64,000 bases of DNA, taken from Candidatus Poribacteria bacterium. GTDB lineage: Bacteria > Poribacteria > WGA-4E > PCPOR2b. The position numbers and the translations under genes are program-made. Below the pieces are notes generated by a model, which was given only the letters and a program-made list of their open reading frames with translations, made no database searches and was not told where the DNA came from. Below, one piece after another: positions 57,908-64,000 of the stretch. Each line of letters begins with the position of its first letter. The first letter of the stretch is position 1. Location of the stretch: assembly GCA_965116925.1 (NCBI GenBank), contig OZ220744.1, forward strand, positions 4,256,001-4,320,000, in the 5' to 3' direction.

Positions 57908-58735
57908 TTATCCATGAAAAAACTTTATACGCTCCGCTGATTTACCCGTTACTGTATTTGGAGAAAGTGCGCCCTCCCCGAAAACTATCGGAAAGGTATC
58001 GCCCGTAACCACCGAGCGAGTTTCCACATCCATATAGGTCGCACTGAATGCTCGACGCGGTGACGTGGTCGTGTTGACGCCTGAACGGTGCAGCAAAAAG
58101 TTATGTAGCAGAACGGCTTCTCCCGCCTCCGCTTCTAAGTCCATTACATCTTCATCGCGGGTATATTTCGCCTGATCTTCCTCCGACGTGAAGTGCCTTT
58201 CGTTGAGAATCCCCAGATTATTGCTGCCCGGCACAATCTGCATGCAACCGCTGGCGACGGTCGCTGCATCGAAGGTGGTCCACACCGTGATAATGGGATT
58301 GGTATCAATCTTCCAACCGACCCCGATGTCTTGGTGCCACACCAGTTCCGTCCCACGCTCGGCGGGTTTGTTCATGAACATAGATCGAAAAACCGCTACA
58401 TCTTCCCCGATGTAGCGACGGGTGATTTGGCGGATGAGGGGCTTCTGCATATAGGCGAGAAAGAGCGGATCCTGTTCCAGATCGTCAATGCGCCGGTAGT
58501 TCAGGGTTGCTTCTTGGTTCCCTACAGTACGGGTCATATCGCTCCCCGTATACCGAGGGTCAAGTTGAAAACGCATGTTTTCATAGCGGATTTTACCTAG
58601 CATAATATCGTCTATGCGTTGTTGGATGGCAGCCAGTTCGTCGGGCGACAGGAGTTTGCCCAGACGCAGATAGCCCTGCTCCATAAACTGTTCGTGATGT
58701 CGGTCTTCAAACGAGGAAAGCGTTTCCAATTGCAT
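57908..58735 (-). CDS. PhyH-family dioxygenase
   Basis: F.EQGY, MNKP, VWHQD, GCMQIVPGS, LHRSG.N....RRA. Confidence 0.9.
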   Translation of the reverse strand: MQLETLSSFEDRHHEQFMEQGYLRLGKLLSPDELAAIQQRIDDIMLGKIRYENMRFQLDPRYTGSDMTRTVGNQEATLNYRRIDDLEQDPLFLAYMQKPLIRQITRRYIGEDVAVFRSMFMNKPAERGTELVWHQDIGVGWKIDTNPIITVWTTFDAATVASGCMQIVPGSNNLGILNERHFTSEEDQAKYTRDEDVMDLEAEAGEAVLLHNFLLHRSGVNTTTSPRRAFSATYMDVETRSVVTGDTFPIVFGEGALSPNTVTGKSAERIKFFHG

Positions 58736-58755
58736 TATCTTAATCTCCTTCTGTT

Positions 58756-59787
58756 TTATCTTTTATAGCTGAATTTCTTGATAAAGTTCTTGACAGGGTT
58801 TCCATCTGCGAACAACACCCGTCGACTCTGTGTCAGTCCGATCATCGAATATTCTGTATGCGAATCATCCATCCCACCGTGGCGGCAGATGCTTGGTTGA
58901 CCGTGGTGACGCAAAATCCTTTTCATATCCACTAGACTGTAGTCGGATAACTCGGAGAGACTTTGTTCAAGGAAGCCCTGTCTCGCTTTGGCGTTGCACT
59001 TACCGCTTTCGGTGCGACGATCGGCATCTGCAAGCGTTGGCAGCTGGTAGCAGTTGACGCAGTTCATGTGATGTGCATCTGGTTCTGGGTTGCGTACCTG
59101 CATTATTGGGCATGGTGCTTCGATGGAACACATCACGCCAGTCGCATCTACGCAGACGTGGCTGTAGCCTTTGCCGCGGGTTGGGAGTTGGGACAGGCGT
59201 CGAACAAATTCCGATGTTGTCCGGCTCTGAATCAGGCATTCGTAAGCCCAGAGCCGTATCGGGACGAAGTCATCGCTCTGTTGGAAAACGCTTCCAACCG
59301 ACGAGTGTCCTACCGCTACACCTTCGGCGTTCATGGCATCGGTTGTCGCAATCATGCCGCAGAAGGTAAAGTTTACCATAGGAATTGCGTCGTCTCGGTG
59401 GATAACCCGTGCACACGGCGGACGACGTTCATCTTTAGCAAGTCCATCGTTGTTTTTCCCCCAAAGCGGTCCGTCCGATCCGCCGTTAAATACAACGTTC
59501 GTGCATCCCTCATCAACCACTAGTTCATTGGCGTACATCGGGAGATTCAGTTGGAAGATGGTGTCGAGGGGGATGTTGGCACCGGCTGCTATCCCTTCAA
59601 GTTCCGCGAGAACCGCCGGCAGATGGGTTTTCAACGTCTCCAGGAAGCGTGGAAACCGCTGTGCCCATACGGTACTGTCGATGTTTGGCGGGAAGAGAGC
59701 AAGATGTTCGCGGATTTCCTCACGCAACGCTTCGCCGGTGAGATTGCCAATTTCGCGGGGGGAGCCTGAGACTTCAACGACTTTCAT
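58756..59787 (-). CDS. C45-family Ntn-hydrolase (acyl-CoA:6-APA acyltransferase-like)
   Basis: G...E.G...G N-terminus, EL.GIA.GA, autocleavage GCT, GKNND, MNAEGV. Confidence 0.8.
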   Translation of the reverse strand: MKVVEVSGSPREIGNLTGEALREEIREHLALFPPNIDSTVWAQRFPRFLETLKTHLPAVLAELEGIAAGANIPLDTIFQLNLPMYANELVVDEGCTNVVFNGGSDGPLWGKNNDGLAKDERRPPCARVIHRDDAIPMVNFTFCGMIATTDAMNAEGVAVGHSSVGSVFQQSDDFVPIRLWAYECLIQSRTTSEFVRRLSQLPTRGKGYSHVCVDATGVMCSIEAPCPIMQVRNPEPDAHHMNCVNCYQLPTLADADRRTESGKCNAKARQGFLEQSLSELSDYSLVDMKRILRHHGQPSICRHGGMDDSHTEYSMIGLTQSRRVLFADGNPVKNFIKKFSYKR

Positions 59788-59843
59788 AGCATTTCCTTAT
59801 GGAGTTTTGGGACTAAAAAATCTTGTCTTCCCCCTGTGATATG

Positions 59844-61316
59844 CTAGTAAGGGGACGGCTGCTGCAGCGCAGAGGGGTATGGACCATATTCCACAATAAG
59901 TTCTACCTCCTCTACCTTGAGCGGGCTGACCAACCCCTGCGCCCTTTTTTCCAGAATGATTTCTAGCAGGTTCTCACCCTGTCTCGGCAGAATGTTCCTT
60001 AGGTGAAATTCCAACCATTGACCGCCGTAAGCGTTGATCTCTGAGCCGTAGGTGCGTAGACAATTCTCGTCCTTGAGGGACTTGTCATTGAGCCGGATAT
60101 CGAGCCTATCGGCGGAGACAAGGTCGGTGATGTTAATCCTGAGACGGATCTGACGTATCCGCTCCTTAGCACCCGCAACATCATCGGCAATATAGAACGG
60201 AATCGGATGCCGCGTCCCGACATCTGAGGCGTTAATATCGACAGGCAGGGGTGTCGGATAGTGGGTTTTATCATCTTTGGCTTCGCGGTTTCGGGCGACC
60301 ATGTAGCACTTGTCCCCCTCTTTCACTAGCTCTGGATCACCAAGTTCGGTCAGCATACTGCGTTCTACCTCCCCTAGGGGCCAACGCATGAACCAAGTAT
60401 ACAAACCATCAACGCCACGCGCCCAGTTGTTCGCCACCGCTGCCCGCATCTGTTCGGGTGTGGGCCATATCCGTTGTGGTGCTCCGGTCATGGCATCGTG
60501 GACATAAGGTTGTAGGATACCGTAGACCGAGGCATCCGCTTGATGTGCTGTCTCAATCAACCAGTCGATGGGTATATCGGGATCGAGAACCATGTAGGCG
60601 TAACGCATCGGAACCGCAAAATCTATTAGACCGCGCTCAAACCACGTCCGCACGTCGAGACCTTGTGCTAGATTCATCTCCTCTGTGGGTAGCACGCGGA
60701 CGCCAAGATCGCACGAATCGCCACGACGGCTTCTGACCATCTCGGCGATCTGCTCGATATATTCTGTCAGGACGGGGATCATGGCGGGAGCGTCCTCGTC
60801 CCGAATGTTAGCGCTGCCTCCCGGAAATGCGAAATCCAACTCCAGTCCTTCGGTAGGATACTCGGTCGCCAGTTCCTCTAGCACGGCGAATTGGCGATCG
60901 CGTACCTCTTGATGCCCCAAACCACGACCACCGTTCTGTAGCCGATGCGCCGGATCCATACCGCCATGAGCGGGCATCCGCAGGCTAGCAATGAAGTCCA
61001 ACCCCTTGTCATGTGATCGGTCAATGAGAACCCGCAATGGATCTAGCCCTCGGTCAATTAGACTCTGCATGTTGTGCCATGTGCGCCAGTACGCAGCCAT
61101 CTCGAAAGGTTGGATGTCTTCCCCAAAGCGCATACCAATTTTGGACGGGTAAAACAACCCATCTCCCCGTTCAACGCCGTAGCAGAAGGTATCCACCGCT
61201 GTGCCGGCGACTTCGTCAACGGGAACCCAAGCGTCCTCCAGCGTCATCGGCGGCTCAAAGACAAACAGGTAGTAGTGACGCGCGTCGTTCATGTAGATGA
61301 TCCGTTTCTTTCGCAT
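59844..61316 (-). CDS. Hypothetical GHL10-like TIM-barrel glycoside-hydrolase-like protein
   Basis: IIYMND, YPSKIG, GLDP, FIASLRM, EGLELDF, GLDV..W...GLID, GVDGLY. Confidence 0.6.
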   Translation of the reverse strand: MRKKRIIYMNDARHYYLFVFEPPMTLEDAWVPVDEVAGTAVDTFCYGVERGDGLFYPSKIGMRFGEDIQPFEMAAYWRTWHNMQSLIDRGLDPLRVLIDRSHDKGLDFIASLRMPAHGGMDPAHRLQNGGRGLGHQEVRDRQFAVLEELATEYPTEGLELDFAFPGGSANIRDEDAPAMIPVLTEYIEQIAEMVRSRRGDSCDLGVRVLPTEEMNLAQGLDVRTWFERGLIDFAVPMRYAYMVLDPDIPIDWLIETAHQADASVYGILQPYVHDAMTGAPQRIWPTPEQMRAAVANNWARGVDGLYTWFMRWPLGEVERSMLTELGDPELVKEGDKCYMVARNREAKDDKTHYPTPLPVDINASDVGTRHPIPFYIADDVAGAKERIRQIRLRINITDLVSADRLDIRLNDKSLKDENCLRTYGSEINAYGGQWLEFHLRNILPRQGENLLEIILEKRAQGLVSPLKVEEVELIVEYGPYPSALQQPSPY

Positions 61317-61394
61317 GGGGAATTTTCCTTTCTTGCAAGGTTCGACTGAATACCTCTCGATCAGTGGACGGTTCTCAATGTTGAAATAAATATC

Positions 61395-61423
61395 ATCGTA
61401 GCAAAATTTTTCCTCAGTGTCAA
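61395..61423 (-). promoter_or_regulatory. Sigma70 promoter for the 61316 gene
   Basis: Minus strand TTGACA-17 nt-TACGAT with extended -10 TG. Confidence 0.5.
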
Positions 61424-61599
61424 CGGGAAAGCGAGAAATGGCAAACGAGCAGTGGACACTTAAACACTTCCCTGTCAATTGCGTCGAATAACTGTAGTCA
61501 ATAGATATAATATACCTCTTTTTTTTAACCACATTCGCAAAAATGTCCAAGAATCAGTAGGCGATGGGGTAATCCCCATCGGAAAGGAATCTTGTTTAT

Positions 61600-62403
61600 A
61601 TGGCTAGCAATCGAACCCCAACTTCCACCTTGAATCTTTTGATCTTATGCGGTTTGGTAGTCTTATTTTCGTTGTTCATCGCTCACCTTCCTGCTTTTGC
61701 AGAAAGCCATGCTGCAGATATTGATATCGAAGCTATTGTCAAACAAATGGACGAACTCTATCGTAGCGAAACGAGCCAGACGAACATGGAGATGCAGATT
61801 GTTACGCCACACTGGGAGAGAACTTTGGCTTTGGAGGTCTGGACGCAGGGGATGGACAAGACCTTCATCTTGATAAACTCACCTAAAAAAGAGAAGGGCG
61901 TTGCGACCTTGCGGATTGGAAATGAGATGTGGAACTATCTCCCCAAGACGAACAAGGTGATGAAAGTGCCACCGTCAATGATGATGGGATCTTGGATGGG
62001 GTCTGATTTTACGAATGATGACCTCGTCAAAGAGTCATCCATGCTCGACGATTACACCTACGAACGCATCACACCGGCGGATGCCCAACCTGACCATCTC
62101 TACATTCAGCTGCTGCCAAAAGAGGATTCACCGATTGTCTGGGGCAAACTTATCGTTGCTATCCGAATGAGTGATCGGATTCCGGTTTGGCAGCATTTCT
62201 ACGACGAAACAGGGCGTCTGACACGAGTTATGAATTTCAAGGAGATCAGATCGTTCGACGGAAAGACTATACCCTCAGTAATGGAGATGATACCGCAGAA
62301 CAAAGAGGGGCACAAGACCGTTGTACGGTTCGTGGACGCCGAGTTTGACAAGGGTATTGACGAAAAAGTCTTTACCCGCCGAAACCTTCAGAAGCGGAGA
62401 TAA
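61600..62403 (+). CDS. Outer-membrane lipoprotein-sorting (LolA-like) protein
   Basis: Signal peptide; P.KEKG...L....MWNYLP, SWMGSDFTNDDL, F...NL. Confidence 0.85.
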   Translation: MASNRTPTSTLNLLILCGLVVLFSLFIAHLPAFAESHAADIDIEAIVKQMDELYRSETSQTNMEMQIVTPHWERTLALEVWTQGMDKTFILINSPKKEKGVATLRIGNEMWNYLPKTNKVMKVPPSMMMGSWMGSDFTNDDLVKESSMLDDYTYERITPADAQPDHLYIQLLPKEDSPIVWGKLIVAIRMSDRIPVWQHFYDETGRLTRVMNFKEIRSFDGKTIPSVMEMIPQNKEGHKTVVRFVDAEFDKGIDEKVFTRRNLQKRR

Positions 62404-62442
62404 ATCAACTTCATTTACGTTTTACGCATTACGTTTTAGACT

Positions 62443-63660
62443 ATGATGACCCTTAAAATTGCATTCCGCAACATCTTCCGTCAAAAACGACGCACAATCC
62501 TAACCGCACTCGCAATGATTGTCGGGTTTACACTCTCGTCCGTGTTTATCGGCTGGTCTGATGGCGCGTATTCCGACATTATTGCGATGTTCACGCAGAA
62601 CCGCATGGGGCATATTCAGGTGCATCGGGGAGACTATCTTGATAAACCGTCGCTCTACAAAACGATGGATAACTACGAGTCGATCGGGGAAACCATCGAA
62701 AGCGTAAAAGGGGTAGAGGCGTGGACGCCGCGGGTTTACTCGGCGGGACTCGGCTCGGTTAGCGAAAAGAGCACCACCGTACAAATCATCGGCGTTGATG
62801 TGGCGCGTGAAGTCGAAGCGACCCGATTTGATCGGAAAATCATTGATGGGAAGGTAATCTCAGCGCATCCGGCGCGTGAAGCGGTCTTAGGGAAGGGGCT
62901 TGCGAGAAACCTTTCTGCAGCAATCGGCGACGAACTCGTGATTGTCTCGCAGGGTGCCGATGGTTCAATCGCTAACGAATTGTATGAGATTGTCGGCATA
63001 GCAGAAAGCGGCGACGACGTCACAGATCGGATGGCGTGTTATCTCCACACTGGGGATGCACAGGAGTTGCTGGTGCTCGAAGGACGCTCCCACGAAATTG
63101 TTGTGATTGTGTCAAACATCAATCGTGTCTACAAAATCACAAAGGCAATCGAAGCTGCTCTTGATGATTCGACGCTCGATGTCGCCCCGTGGCAGGTGGT
63201 CGCCAAGGATTTTTATCGGGCGATGCAGGCGGATAAGCAGGGCGATGCTATCGGACGGATTATTATCATGCTCATCGTTGCTATTGGTGTCCTGAATACG
63301 GTACTGATGTCGGTGCTGGAGCGAACAAGCGAGTACGGTGTGTTGAAGGCGGTCGGAACGAAACCGAGACAGATCTTCTGGTTGGTAGTTTGCGAGGTGC
63401 TGATCATTGCCATCGGCAGCATCGTCGTTGGTGCCGGACTCGGTACTGTGGGCAACTATCTGCTATCGATATATGGCATTACGATGCCACAGGAATTTAC
63501 TTACGGCGGCATCAAATTTCAGACGATGTACGCCGAGGTCAACGTCCGAAGTCTTATTATTCCTGCGATCGCCGTCATTCTGTCGGCAGGGATAGTCAGT
63601 ATATTTCCCGCGTTAAAGGCAGCACGAATTCTGCCAGCTAGGGCAATGCGTGCCCATTGA
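62443..63660 (+). CDS. ABC transporter permease (LolC/E, FtsX-like)
   Basis: AFRNIFRQKRRT, NT.LMSVLER..EYG.LKA.G, PA.KAA...P..A. Confidence 0.9.
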   Translation: MMTLKIAFRNIFRQKRRTILTALAMIVGFTLSSVFIGWSDGAYSDIIAMFTQNRMGHIQVHRGDYLDKPSLYKTMDNYESIGETIESVKGVEAWTPRVYSAGLGSVSEKSTTVQIIGVDVAREVEATRFDRKIIDGKVISAHPAREAVLGKGLARNLSAAIGDELVIVSQGADGSIANELYEIVGIAESGDDVTDRMACYLHTGDAQELLVLEGRSHEIVVIVSNINRVYKITKAIEAALDDSTLDVAPWQVVAKDFYRAMQADKQGDAIGRIIIMLIVAIGVLNTVLMSVLERTSEYGVLKAVGTKPRQIFWLVVCEVLIIAIGSIVVGAGLGTVGNYLLSIYGITMPQEFTYGGIKFQTMYAEVNVRSLIIPAIAVILSAGIVSIFPALKAARILPARAMRAH

Positions 63661-63723
63661 AATTGATGGTCAAAGGGCAAGACAAATCACTTTATCACGC
63701 ATCACGTTTCACGGTTCAAAACC

Positions 63724-64000
63724 ATGTGGTTAACCCTCATTAAACTGGCTTGGAGAAATCTCTTTCGGAATAAACGGCGCACCATTATCGCTTCGATAGC
63801 GATTGGTATCGGTCTGGCTGCGCTTATCTTTATGGATGCGTTGTGGGTTGGGATGGAGGAGAACATGGTCAAAACTGCCACCGCTTCGTTTCTTGGCGAT
63901 GGGCAGATTCATCGAAAAGACTTCCGTGATACGCAGACAGTCGAAATGACGATCAATCAACTCGATGAAGTAGTCGATGGTCTCTCTCAGGAAGCGATTG
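63724..64000 (+). CDS. Second ABC permease (LolC/E-like), 3'-truncated by window edge
   Basis: MWLTLIKLAWRNLFRNKRRTII..., read directly from the sequence. Confidence 0.85.
   Translation, partial: MWLTLIKLAWRNLFRNKRRTIIASIAIGIGLAALIFMDALWVGMEENMVKTATASFLGDGQIHRKDFRDTQTVEMTINQLDEVVDGLSQEAI

Noticed and set aside
1..64000. rRNA, tRNA, prophage or integrase
   Set aside because: No recognisable signature by eye; a tRNAscan-SE/Infernal run would be needed to exclude small RNAs fully.

Overview
This is a 64 kb, gene-dense bacterial chromosomal window. It carries six PhyH-type Fe/2-oxoglutarate dioxygenases, many uncharacterised catabolic enzymes and a very high load of REP/MITE repeats; a Candidatus Poribacteria-like origin is my inference from this style. 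The core is a minus-strand corrinoid-dependent methyl-transfer/C1 cluster at about 12.97-28.03 kb. It encodes an unknown 211-aa protein, an MtaA/CmuA-family methyltransferase, a stand-alone corrinoid protein, a RACo/RamA-type ASKHA activator, MetF fused to a MetV-like Cys domain, an AcsE/MetH-pterin-like methyltransferase, a 'virulence factor' family small protein and a stand-alone homocysteine methyltransferase. The cluster is interrupted by an HNH/antitoxin-like pair, a type II restriction-modification-like pair, a PhyH enzyme with an HxG (halogenase-type) motif, and a protein-free IS200/IS605 element of about 420 bp. That element keeps a sigma70 promoter, a pseudoknotted 5' RNA domain and a TnpB omega/reRNA-like scaffold. 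Other content: beta-RFAP synthase, argB, a prepilin peptidase, an NtrC-type regulator, prpBC, FadN, transporters, IS982 and IS5 elements with target duplications, nested REP/MITE structures, and a 28-bp palindrome read in frame inside the RACo gene. No rRNA, tRNA or CRISPR-Cas was recognised. All assignments come from reading motifs by eye; no database searches were run.
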